Counted from the stretch's first letter, positions 1-7,618 are shown. The stretch: DNA of 20,803 nucleotides from a virus (IMGVR_UViG_2579778622_000006:1-20803), one strand, 5' to 3'. Notes: generated by a model from the letters alone, not told the origin. Numbers and translations: made by a program.

Positions 1-257
1 AAAAATAAAATAAATACAACAACCTTACGGTGTATTTTGATGTCATTAATGTGAAAAAATTCAATGATATCAAATGGTTTTGTAAAAACACATGGTTGTT
101 GTATCGCGTATTTGATGGCGTAACAGAAAGTGATTTTTAACTTTACCGCTCTGTAACTACGGATTATTCCATGCTGGCACGGAGAACGGCTACGGCATGA
201 CGCCACCCAGCCTATACAGAACAGTAAAGCCGATAAATTGTTAATCACGCGCAGCAA

Positions 258-452
258 TGCGTGTGATTTTTGCACACTTCCGGTTAACGGGTACGATGTC
301 CGGTTTGTTTGTACATTTTTTGCACATGTCCGGTTCGCAGAAAGCATGTTTTTATATTTTTCATATAGTTAACTTGCAGAGAAACCGGACATGGATCCCG
401 AAAAATTTTCATAAATAGTGAAAACGCGCGAGGTCGACGCCCCGTAACGGGT
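258..452 (-). other. cos: lambda-type cos site: cosN-like 12-mer (431-442, GGGCGTCGACCT on minus strand) plus cosB-like repeat region (266-392)
   Basis: Minus-strand read CCGTTACGGGGCGTCGACCTCGCGCGTTTTCACTATTTATGAAAATTTTT is near-identical to the lambda left-end cos as I recall it (GGGCGGCGACCTCGCGGGTTTTCGCTATTTATGAAAATTTTCCGG). Followed by an AT-rich stretch and repeated ATGTCCGGTT motifs (296-305, 326-335, inverted at 383-392). Confidence 0.7.
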
Positions 453-473
453 CCACATGCCGGAAAGGACCCG

Positions 474-497
474 CAAAAAAAGCCGGATTTCTCCGGC
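474..497 (-). terminator. rho-independent terminator ending the capsid operon
   Basis: Hairpin GCCGGA-tttc-TCCGGC (482-497) with an A-run at 474-481 on plus, giving a U-tract after the stem on minus. Lies 7 nt past the stop of the 504-917 gene. Confidence 0.6.
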
Positions 498-503
498 CTT
501 GTC

Positions 504-917
504 TCAGATGGTTTTCAGTATGCGATCGATGTTGCCGTCATCGACCGGGTTTCTGCCATCGTATGCCATGCCAGCTGATACGGCTTTCGGGCTGTGCATG
601 TCCATAAAGTTTTCAAAGGCTGAAGTAAGCTGTGGTGCAACCTTCGGGCGTTCCTGCTCTATGGTCATGCTAAGGATGCTTTTAGCCGTACCAACATCGA
701 TACAAGGCACGTTAGCCATTGCACGTAACAGCGGCTGGTAGTCGTCAGATTCATGAAGCGCCATAATCGCATCAGCGCGCTGCTTGTCCTGTTCTTCCAG
801 TTTGTTTAGTCGGTGTATGGCCTCGTAGGTTGATAAACCTCTGTCAGCCATTGCCCGCGCTTCGGCTTTAAATTTACTCGCCAGCGGTAGCGTCATGATA
901 CTTTCATTCGTTGCCAT
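504..917 (-). CDS. hypothetical protein, last gene of capsid operon (occupies the position of a lambda FI-like packaging protein)
   Basis: 137-aa ORF co-oriented with the capsid genes and followed by a terminator; protein-like acidic composition. No family recognised. Confidence 0.5.
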   Translation of the reverse strand: MATNESIMTLPLASKFKAEARAMADRGLSTYEAIHRLNKLEEQDKQRADAIMALHESDDYQPLLRAMANVPCIDVGTAKSILSMTIEQERPKVAPQLTSAFENFMDMHSPKAVSAGMAYDGRNPVDDGNIDRILKTI

Positions 918-929
918 CGTTCCCCCTGC

Positions 930-1265
930 TTATCGGGCCAGCGGCTGAACGGATACGCCGGAACCCGCAAAGGCGGCGCATTTTTTCGCATCGGTGTCGA
1001 CGCTGTCAGGCCAGTTAACGGCGGCAATATTGAATATCCCCGTTTTGTAACACTGTGCTGATTTCTGCTTTGACGTGTCCACGGGGTGCGAAGTCAGATA
1101 AACAGCTTTGCCAGATTCCTGACCATCCCACGCCTTAAACTCGCCATTGTCTGCCAGCATCAGCGGGGTAAATTCCTGAATAACGCCAGCATCAGCGGCA
1201 AAATGTACCAGCGTCGTGGATACCTGCTGGCTGCCTGCAAATAACTCAATATATGGAGCGTCCAT
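930..1265 (-). CDS. head decoration protein, lambda gpD family
   Basis: 111 aa. Shares TPLMLxD, AWDG, YKTG and AFAG motifs with recalled lambda gpD. GGGGGA RBS. Confidence 0.85.
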   Translation of the reverse strand: MDAPYIELFAGSQQVSTTLVHFAADAGVIQEFTPLMLADNGEFKAWDGQESGKAVYLTSHPVDTSKQKSAQCYKTGIFNIAAVNWPDSVDTDAKKCAAFAGSGVSVQPLAR

Positions 1266-1276
1266 AGAATCCCCCG

Positions 1277-2332
1277 TTAAGCAATTTTGACGGTAACAAA
1301 TTTGCGAATATCTGCCGGTACCGGCTGCGGTGCGCTGTGCGTCTGCACGTACTCAATCGCCGGATCGCCGTCCTCAATCCAGTTTTTCGGGTAGTACATG
1401 TTTTGCGTTGCGCCCGTTCTTACCGCTTCCTGATCCATAATCGCACCATAGGCCACCAGCCCTTTATTATTGGTGTTACCCAGGACCAGCAAATCAGGCT
1501 CAAGGAAATATTTTTCGGTGCCGTCGCTGTCAGTGTATTTGCCGGAATAGACGATAAGGGCCAGATCACCAAGATAGCCTTTAAAGCTCACCACTTCGCC
1601 CAGGTTTTTACAGGCCAGCTCGGCGGCGGATTCTGATCCACGGGAAAGATCGTACAGTTCACGGAATTTTTTAAAGCTGCGTAATGTGCGCCATACCTCA
1701 CCGCCCATAATCATGACGTTGGCGGGGCAACCTGCCTGATCAGCATAAAGCTCGATGTCATAGATTGGGTCGTGCATGTCTTTATCCTGCTGGGACCATT
1801 TTTTACCACTGGCCTGCTGTATGATGCAGTTTTCCGGTATTTTCCAGTCGATTTCATAGCGTTCTATGCCTTCGCCCTCAATGATGTTTTTTCCGGTCGT
1901 TACCGCATTCACCGCCAGCCATTCCACGCGCGCCTTAATGGCGTTTATCTGGCGGCGCATGTTGCCAGTAATCAGGCGCATACGGCGGTAAGTTGGATCG
2001 TTAAGCTGTGCCGGATCTTCTCCAGCCATGCGCATGATGGTCTTTGTTGGATCGATTTCGTGCTTTGGCTTCATGTAGCCAGGTTTAATCGTGCTGGTTT
2101 CGTACCCTTTATCGCGCTGGACCTGACTACCCACCATAGGCGAACAGAAAGCCGACATCGTAACCTCTTCAATGTCCAGGGTGTCCAGCATGATGTTTTG
2201 GGTGTTGAAGGTCGCCACGTTCGGGAAAAACAGCGTGGTAAACAGCGGACTAAATTTAAATTCCGAAATATCCCCGCGATTCAGGTACGCGAAAAGCTGG
2301 TTAGTTGTAAGTGCCGTTGCTTTGCCTGTCAT
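1277..2332 (-). CDS. major capsid protein, lambda gpE family
   Basis: 351 aa. Matches recalled lambda gpE in several blocks: EFKFSPLF, PGYMKPKHE, EDPAQLNDPTYRRMR, YPKNWIEDGDPA. GGAGG RBS. Confidence 0.9.
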   Translation of the reverse strand: MTGKATALTTNQLFAYLNRGDISEFKFSPLFTTLFFPNVATFNTQNIMLDTLDIEEVTMSAFCSPMVGSQVQRDKGYETSTIKPGYMKPKHEIDPTKTIMRMAGEDPAQLNDPTYRRMRLITGNMRRQINAIKARVEWLAVNAVTTGKNIIEGEGIERYEIDWKIPENCIIQQASGKKWSQQDKDMHDPIYDIELYADQAGCPANVMIMGGEVWRTLRSFKKFRELYDLSRGSESAAELACKNLGEVVSFKGYLGDLALIVYSGKYTDSDGTEKYFLEPDLLVLGNTNNKGLVAYGAIMDQEAVRTGATQNMYYPKNWIEDGDPAIEYVQTHSAPQPVPADIRKFVTVKIA

Positions 2333-2538
2333 TATTCACCTCCGTGAACCTGATTCATACCCAGCGCCGCACGTAAATAGGTACGCACCTGCCAGCCTGT
2401 TGACGGCTCAACCATCGCCAGCGGATCAAGTCCTGCCGCAATGCCTGCTTTTACATTCTGCTGGTGGCGTTCCTTGAGCGCCTCCACGATGTCGGGGCTT
2501 ATGTAGACCGTCACCCCGCCTTTTTTCTCTTCTGCCAT
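2332..2538 (-). CDS. hypothetical small protein, first gene of capsid operon
   Basis: 68-aa ORF with AGAGGA RBS; its stop overlaps the MCP start (TAATG), suggesting translational coupling. Confidence 0.5.
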   Translation of the reverse strand: MAEEKKGGVTVYISPDIVEALKERHQQNVKAGIAAGLDPLAMVEPSTGWQVRTYLRAALGMNQVHGGE

Positions 2539-2573
2539 AGTCAGAAATTCCTCTTTGACTTAAAAAATCATAA

Positions 2574-2623
2574 CTGGATGTTCATCCAGTCCTGATTATA
2601 ATCATGATTGCATTTTGCGCAAC
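2574..2623 (-). promoter_or_regulatory. candidate sigma70 promoter of capsid operon with a 16-bp palindromic operator
   Basis: On minus strand: -35 TTGCGC (2617-2622), 16-nt spacer, -10 TATAAT (2595-2600), then perfect palindrome CTGGATG-TT-CATCCAG (2574-2589) at the predicted start region. Confidence 0.35.
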
Positions 2624-2703
2624 AATATTGAGTTACGTTGCAAATTATGAAATGATTATCCCGATCATGTGTGCCAGTGCACCATAAAAAACCTCGTATA
2701 CAA

Positions 2704-2743
2704 AAGCCCGATAAGCCCCCTGTGACCTTATCGGGCTTTTTTT
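2704..2743 (+). terminator. strong intrinsic terminator hairpin on plus strand with no upstream plus-strand CDS
   Basis: 10-bp stem CCCGATAAG(G)/CTTATCGGG with an 11-nt loop, followed by TTTTTTT (2737-2743). Confidence 0.5.
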
Positions 2744-2748
2744 AGGCG

Positions 2749-2771
2749 TAAAAAAGCCGGATTGCTCCGGC
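2749..2771 (-). terminator. rho-independent terminator after the ProQ/FinO gene
   Basis: Hairpin GCCGGA-ttgc-TCCGGC (2756-2771) with an A-run at 2749-2755 on plus (U-tract on minus). Confidence 0.55.
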
Positions 2772-2796
2772 TTCGTCTCTTCATGTGGTCAGGGTT

Positions 2797-3381
2797 TTAT
2801 GCTTTCCGTACGCCCGAGGAACTGGCATTTTTCAGAATAATATTATGCCCTGCTGGTGGCTTACCGTTATGCTTATTTTCTGCCTTCATGTTTCTGCGCT
2901 CCTGCTGTTTTTTCTTCATCTCATCCAGTCGCTTCCCCGCGTTCAACTGGTGCTCCTGTGTCACCTCCCCGCACGGATGGCCTTTCAGGTCGTAACGCAC
3001 GCCACCAGCCATCAGGGAACGGTAATATCGCACTGAACTGACATAATACGCCAGCGTTGCGCGAAGCGCTCCCTGACCTAATGAAATACCTCTCGCAGTA
3101 ATATCCTCCATCAGGTCATCAAATATGCCAACCTTAAGCGGTCTGGGCGATTCCTGGCTGAAAAGTTCAGGCCAGAGCGCGGCAAGGCGTTCAACGCGTC
3201 TGATATTTTTTTTCCGGCTCTTTTCTGATTTGCGTTTTGCTGCCGTCTTCTGTTGTGTTTTCTGCTCGCGGCTCTGCTTTTGCGCTGGTGTGGTTTTATC
3301 CGGCTGTTCAGCCTCCTGCGTCTTTTTCTGCGGTGTGCCGTATATGCCTTTTGGTTTTCGGTTAATGGTCAGCTTTGTCAT
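2797..3381 (-). CDS. ProQ/FinO-domain RNA-binding protein with lysine-rich N-terminal tail
   Basis: 194 aa from the ATG at 3381 (GGGGGAG RBS). C-terminal PLKVGIFDDL...LRATLAYYVSSVRYYRSL...RYDLKGHPCGEV matches the recalled E. coli ProQ N-terminal FinO domain (PLKIGIFQDL...RVDLDGNPCGEL). Confidence 0.75.
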   Translation of the reverse strand: MTKLTINRKPKGIYGTPQKKTQEAEQPDKTTPAQKQSREQKTQQKTAAKRKSEKSRKKNIRRVERLAALWPELFSQESPRPLKVGIFDDLMEDITARGISLGQGALRATLAYYVSSVRYYRSLMAGGVRYDLKGHPCGEVTQEHQLNAGKRLDEMKKKQQERRNMKAENKHNGKPPAGHNIILKNASSSGVRKA

Positions 3382-3460
3382 GTTCTCCCCCTTTGTGCTG
3401 TTCCACCAGCGGCATCTGCTACCCCGTGTCGCTCCCGCTGGTGTCGTGTTTCCCCGCCTG

Positions 3461-3781
3461 TTAATAACCGTCATCATTTACGTTATCAGGGTAATCACGC
3501 CATATTTCATCAGTAAGCGACGGTAGCCCCATCTGTTGTATTGTCCTGTCTGCGGCCCTTCTGACTGCGTGAACATCATAACGGTTTTCAGGTATCGGGC
3601 GCTTTGCCTTCCTGATACATTCCCTTGCTCTCATTGCCGCAAGTTCTCTGTGCCTGTCTTCCTGAAGAGTAATCATCACATCCTGCCACCTTCTGGCAGC
3701 CCGTCGCCACAGTCCCCTGCTCTCGAGTTCTTCTGCTGTCGCGTCGCTTATTGTCCGGTTCTTCGGTGTGCTGTTGTTCAT
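3461..3781 (-). CDS. PerC-family-like transcriptional regulator
   Basis: 106-aa ORF containing AEELESRGLWRRAARRW, the motif I associate with PerC/Pch-type regulators. Assigned from memory of the motif only. Confidence 0.5.
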   Translation of the reverse strand: MNNSTPKNRTISDATAEELESRGLWRRAARRWQDVMITLQEDRHRELAAMRARECIRKAKRPIPENRYDVHAVRRAADRTIQQMGLPSLTDEIWRDYPDNVNDDGY

Positions 3782-3798
3782 GTTGCTCCCCGCCTGAT

Positions 3799-4209
3799 TC
3801 AGAAGGGTATATCATCTCCGTAGGGGTCATCGCCTCCCGCTGGTGGCTCATTCCCCTGTGTGCCTGTGGTTTTGCGTCTGTTCCCGCCATGACGTGCCGC
3901 ACGCGCACTGATTACGCTGTCTGCGATAACCTGCCAGCCCTGCCGCGTTTCCCCGTTCTGTCCGGTCCACTGGCTCACCTGCATGTTACCCGCCACGCTC
4001 AGGAGTTCACCTTTGCGGTGCTTTGCCAGTGCTTCGGCCTGTCTGCCAAACGCCAGCACAGATAACCACATCGTCGCCGTTCCGTCATCTGCCTGGCTGC
4101 ACGGAAGGGGGACCGCCATACTCGCCATCGCCATTTGTGTCCCCTTGCTGGTGGTCTTTAACTGCGGGTCAGCCACCAGCCGCCCGTAAGCCGCTATCTG
4201 TGCTGTCAT
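3799..4209 (-). CDS. ssb: single-stranded DNA-binding protein (short SSB)
   Basis: 136 aa with OB-fold-like core (WLSVLAFGRQAE...KGELLSVAGNMQVSQWTGQNGETR), a Gly-rich linker and the canonical acidic C-terminal tip DDIPF. Confidence 0.85.
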   Translation of the reverse strand: MTAQIAAYGRLVADPQLKTTSKGTQMAMASMAVPLPCSQADDGTATMWLSVLAFGRQAEALAKHRKGELLSVAGNMQVSQWTGQNGETRQGWQVIADSVISARAARHGGNRRKTTGTQGNEPPAGGDDPYGDDIPF

Positions 4210-4457
4210 GCTGTATGCTCTCCGGTTTTAACGTTGATGGTTGTCACCTGTTCCGCTCCGGCAATCTCCCGTTCTGTCAGCGTGGCAAAATTTGCCGCTA
4301 CCGTTGTCATGAATGCGCTTATCAGTTCGGGATGTGCTTTCGCGTATCCTTCTCCCGCGTGGCGGTCTATCGTTCTGATTGCCACCTTTAAGGCGTGCTC
4401 TGTCATGTCTAACGCTTTATATTTTGGCGCTGTCTTATCTCTGGTTTTTCTGTTCAT
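4206..4457 (-). CDS. hypothetical protein
   Basis: ORF 4206-4487; the upstream extension translates the iteron repeats (GEWWG), so the ATG at 4457 is preferred. Overlaps the ssb start. Confidence 0.4.
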   Translation of the reverse strand: MNRKTRDKTAPKYKALDMTEHALKVAIRTIDRHAGEGYAKAHPELISAFMTTVAANFATLTEREIAGAEQVTTINVKTGEHTA

Positions 4458-4458
4458 T

Positions 4459-4670
4459 CCCCACCACTCCCCACTTTTGCTCCCCACTTTTTAAATTCCC
4501 CACTTGCTCCCCACCTCGTTTTTTGAGTGAATCTAATGCTTTGTTTTTCATTGCGTTTTTTACTCCCCACTTTTTTGGATATATACAGGTGGGAAAGTGG
4601 GGAATTATGTTTCAATTTTGTTAAATTCCCCACTCTCCCCACTTTTACTACCCACTTTTTACAGTGGGTA
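4459..4670. repeat. iteron array, putative satellite replication origin
   Basis: At least 9 copies of TCCCCAC(TTTT) in direct orientation (4459, 4468, 4481, 4496, 4508, 4563, 4626, 4635, 4649) plus inverted copies (GTGGGAAAGTGGGGAA at 4588-4604; CAGTGGGTA at 4662-4670), flanking an AT-rich core (4570-4585). Sits immediately 3' of the helicase gene. Confidence 0.6.
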
Positions 4671-6074
4671 AACATCATCCCCATCGACACAAATCACGCC
4701 GTCTTTTTCCAGCTTGGACAGCCAGCGCCGGAAGTGCTTCATCTCATACCCCAGCTTTTTCATATCGTCGCGGAGAAGGGCGATAGTGCATGGCTCTTTG
4801 TGTGCCGTCCGCGTTCTGATGCACTGCCATAGCGCGGTATGGTTTTCCGTCTTGTTGCCTGCCTCCTCGATGCGCTCCAGTTCAACGGGAGAGCGCGGCT
4901 TATCAACCACCACCAGCGACGTGATTAACTCCCCGTCAGCGTCGGTAAAAAGCTCCACCACGCGTAAATCGTAGGCGGCCTCTTTCAGTTCCTCCGCGTC
5001 CTTCATTTTGGTGCAGGATATAACCAGGGCTTTACTGTCTGCACCTTCTCGGCGAATACGGTATTCAGCGTCCAGAGATGCACGAAATGCACTGGAACCA
5101 CGCGCCCCCTTTGTTTCATCCTTGCCGGAATGGTGGACCACCAGCACCGTGGCCCCTGTGCGTCGTTTCAGGTCGTCACATCCACGGATAAACGCCCCCA
5201 TATCCCGCGCGTCATTTTCATCATTACCGCCAAAGCAACGCGCCAGCGTATCCAGAATAATCATGCGTACCGGTTTACCCGTTTCCCGTTCAACCTGGCG
5301 GGAAGCGATAACCATTTCATCAACATCAAGCGGGGCTGCCGGAAAAATCGGGCGGTTTACCAGGTACAGATTTTTCACCCGTTCATCATTAACGATTTCC
5401 CATGCCTTGATACGACGGGGGACACCAATGCCACCTTCACCGACAACATACATCACCGAACCATGCGCCACCCTGCGGCCTCCCCAGTGGCGCCCCGTGG
5501 CAACATGACACGCCCAGGAACACGCAAGGAATGATTTATAGGAACCGCTCGCACCGTATGTGCTGCACAATGAATTAGCCGGAATCACGCCCTTAACGAC
5601 ATAATCAAGCTGTGTGTCGTATCCTGCAGATCCAATGCTCATGGGTAGCGTGGTTTTTCGCTGGCTGTATTGCTCATCAGTAAGTATTTCCCCGCGCTCT
5701 GCCTGTTCGCGGATCCGTTGCAGGTAGTCGCGCCATTCCTCCCGCTTCTGGCTGTGCATTCCCTCGGGGTAATAACTCGCATCCCGTACACCTGCCGCCG
5801 CCAGTTTTTGCCCGATGGCATTAATATTTGATGGCTTGATGTGGCCTGCCTTGTACAGCCGGACACAATAGCGACCATCGTCGATAATTTTCAGGTCTGC
5901 CAGTTCGTCAAGCTGACTGTCTCCCAGCCATACTGGCGGGACGTTATCGCCAGCAAGTCGCCCGTCCTGTTCCTGCCATTGTTTTGCGTGCGCCCAGGCA
6001 TCACTACCTGCAAAAATAATGACTTCGGTCATTTTGTTGTGTGGCTGTTTTTTTAAGTTCGGTGCCAGTTTCAT
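4659..6074 (-). CDS. replication protein: RecA-fold (AAA_25/DnaB-like) helicase with C-terminal winged-helix
   Basis: 471 aa. Walker A GASGSYKS; Walker B-like ILDTLARCF; VLVVHHSGKD motif typical of RepA/DnaB-like ATPases; C-terminal basic wHTH-like segment. Confidence 0.8.
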   Translation of the reverse strand: MKLAPNLKKQPHNKMTEVIIFAGSDAWAHAKQWQEQDGRLAGDNVPPVWLGDSQLDELADLKIIDDGRYCVRLYKAGHIKPSNINAIGQKLAAAGVRDASYYPEGMHSQKREEWRDYLQRIREQAERGEILTDEQYSQRKTTLPMSIGSAGYDTQLDYVVKGVIPANSLCSTYGASGSYKSFLACSWACHVATGRHWGGRRVAHGSVMYVVGEGGIGVPRRIKAWEIVNDERVKNLYLVNRPIFPAAPLDVDEMVIASRQVERETGKPVRMIILDTLARCFGGNDENDARDMGAFIRGCDDLKRRTGATVLVVHHSGKDETKGARGSSAFRASLDAEYRIRREGADSKALVISCTKMKDAEELKEAAYDLRVVELFTDADGELITSLVVVDKPRSPVELERIEEAGNKTENHTALWQCIRTRTAHKEPCTIALLRDDMKKLGYEMKHFRRWLSKLEKDGVICVDGDDVYPL

Positions 6075-6370
6075 TTTTTATCCCTGAATCCGTTAATCAT
6101 GGTTTTCATCTTCTGAATATTGGCGCGTGCTTTCTCCCTGCTGGTTGGTTTACTGCGGGGCGCTGCCTGTACCAGAGAAAAATCACGCCGGAACTGATAA
6201 ACAGGCATCACGCAGTCATATTCGTAGCCATCACGGCGGTAAGTGATGCGCCGTTCTGCCACGCCTTTAATCGTTACCGTACCGCCGTAGTTATCACGGA
6301 AAATATCGCCGGGACGGATTTCAGGCCGAGCGGGGCCGCTGGCAGTAAAGCCAGAATTTTTCTTTTTCAT
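6071..6370 (-). CDS. hypothetical protein
   Basis: 99-aa ORF with AGGAAA RBS; its stop overlaps the helicase start (ATGA). Confidence 0.5.
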   Translation of the reverse strand: MKKKNSGFTASGPARPEIRPGDIFRDNYGGTVTIKGVAERRITYRRDGYEYDCVMPVYQFRRDFSLVQAAPRSKPTSREKARANIQKMKTMINGFRDKK

Positions 6371-6374
6371 GGTT

Positions 6375-6575
6375 TTATTTTCCTGTCAGTGATTCCGGCT
6401 TTATTCCGGCGCGAATACAGGCTTCAGAAAAAAAAGCCAGAGAACCAATAACCTCATTATTTCTAAGGCGGCATTGCGATTTCACTTTCCCTTTATCCAG
6501 GAATATCAAAACGCGCCCCGTATAATCAGATGGCACATTAAGCACTACAGGTAAGTGCGCTTCATGATTATTCAT
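6375..6575 (-). CDS. hypothetical protein
   Basis: 66 aa from the ATG at 6575, preceded by a perfect AGGAGG (6585-6590). The longer ORF start at 6644 lacks an RBS. Confidence 0.5.
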   Translation of the reverse strand: MNNHEAHLPVVLNVPSDYTGRVLIFLDKGKVKSQCRLRNNEVIGSLAFFSEACIRAGIKPESLTGK

Positions 6576-6855
6576 GGCTAACCACCTCCTGGAATTTTCT
6601 TCTGTAACGCGCCTCTGCCACATATTCAGCATAGTCCGACGCAATATTGAGAATATCGCTACCCGTTCCTGAATGTTCGGCGGTTTCCAGTAAAAAACAT
6701 GCAGCTTTTACCATGTCAGCAACACATAACAGCGCAATATCTGTATCTTCCGGTGTGCCATCAAATTCCTGTTTCAGGGCATTAAAACGATCATCACGCA
6801 TAACCCCATATTCACAATCAGCAATCAGGATGGCTTTGGCCTCATTCAGTGCCAT
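6568..6855 (-). CDS. hypothetical acidic protein, first clear gene of the leftward replication operon
   Basis: Protein-like C-terminal 95 aa of the 6568-7809 ORF; the stop overlaps the next start by 8 nt. Start is uncertain because the ATG at 6855 has no clear RBS. Confidence 0.45.
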   Translation of the reverse strand: MALNEAKAILIADCEYGVMRDDRFNALKQEFDGTPEDTDIALLCVADMVKAACFLLETAEHSGTGSDILNIASDYAEYVAEARYRRKFQEVVSHE

Positions 6856-7009
6856 ATCAGCGGTAAGCTGTGCGTAGGCCAGCAAATGCGGGATTATTGC
6901 CCCTGTATATTCCGGCTCTCTGATAATGTGGTCGGATGTGTTGATTAAATAGTTTGTGCGAAAAATGCACCTGTAACCATCAGTTAACAACGGATATACA
7001 GGGGGGACC

Positions 7010-7180
7010 ATGAATGATAAGGGGGTGCCGTTTGATGTGCTCCTGCAAAAGCTGAATGCTGCACGCGCCGCAAGGGAACGTGAGCGCATGAGTAATAACC
7101 CTGTCCCTCCTGAATTACCTCGCCCTGAACATTTTCCGCTTGAGGATTTCATCAGGGGACGAATCCGAACAAAACGATAA
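7010..7180 (+). CDS. hypothetical small protein (56 aa)
   Basis: ATG preceded by a G-run; shares the motif FPLE(D/R)FI with the 7424-7618 ORF. Ambiguous: the opposite strand is one long open frame. Confidence 0.25.
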   Translation: MNDKGVPFDVLLQKLNAARAARERERMSNNPVPPELPRPEHFPLEDFIRGRIRTKR

Positions 7181-7231
7181 CCGCCGCCGTGATATGAGGC
7201 ATCACGACGCAATGCATTACAGGTGAGCACC

Positions 7232-7348
7232 ATGAACAAATCCATATTATCCCCCACAGTTCTGGACGTAAACACAAAGCAGCGACAGATATTATTACGC
7301 GCCGTCATTAAAGCCAGACACGAGAAATTAAACCAAATCTTAAAATAA
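7232..7348 (+). CDS. hypothetical small protein (38 aa)
   Basis: AGGTGA RBS 5 nt upstream of the ATG; amphipathic, protein-like sequence. Confidence 0.3.
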   Translation: MNKSILSPTVLDVNTKQRQILLRAVIKARHEKLNQILK

Positions 7349-7423
7349 GATACGCCGCTACCGCTGTAAGTCTTCATCAGAAACAGAAAACGCCAGAGCA
7401 GATGAGCACGGAGGTAACTCTTT

Positions 7424-7618
7424 ATGAAAATAAACGAATCAGGGGAAATTACCGAAGCCAGCGTGGTACGCCAGCGGAGGCGGGAACGACGGGTACGGCC
7501 CCCCGCGCCATCCGATAATTTCCCGCTTGAGCGCTTCATCAGTGAACGGCCCCGCATACGCTGGAACGGCACAACCCCATACCCCGAGGAGAGACAGACA
7601 AAAAACAAACAGCGATGA
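7424..7618 (+). CDS. hypothetical small basic protein (64 aa)
   Basis: GGAGGT RBS 8 nt upstream of the ATG; Arg-rich; FPLERFI motif paralogous to the 7010 ORF. Confidence 0.3.
   Translation: MKINESGEITEASVVRQRRRERRVRPPAPSDNFPLERFISERPRIRWNGTTPYPEERQTKNKQR

Noticed and set aside
457-741. 94-aa plus-strand ORF
   Set aside because: Lies antisense to the 504-917 gene and over the terminator; biased composition (S/M/C-rich); no RBS.
1337-2477. Three plus-strand ORFs (99, 191, 101 aa) inside the capsid gene region
   Set aside because: All are antisense to the strongly supported gpE-like MCP gene and have Arg/His/Phe-rich junk composition.
2567-2602. Plus-strand sigma70 promoter TTGACT / TATAAT
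   Set aside because: The two hexamers are 24 bp apart, too far for a functional -35/-10 pair; the minus-strand reading (TTGCGC, 16 bp, TATAAT) fits better.
2762-3526. Several plus-strand ORFs (61-133 aa) overlapping the ProQ/FinO gene
   Set aside because: Cys/Phe/Leu-rich low-complexity translations antisense to a well-supported CDS.
5008-5534. Two plus-strand ORFs (166 and 134 aa) inside the helicase gene
   Set aside because: Antisense to the helicase; Ser/Arg/Thr-rich composition; no RBS.
6899-7006. LexA SOS box at the satellite divergent region (CTGTATAT half-sites)
   Set aside because: Two CTGTATAT-like half-sites in inverted orientation are about 90 bp apart (CCCCTGTATATTCCG at 6901-6915 and CGGATATACAGGGG at 6991-7004), not a contiguous CTGT-N8-ACAG box; more likely a long-range inverted repeat flanking the promoter region.
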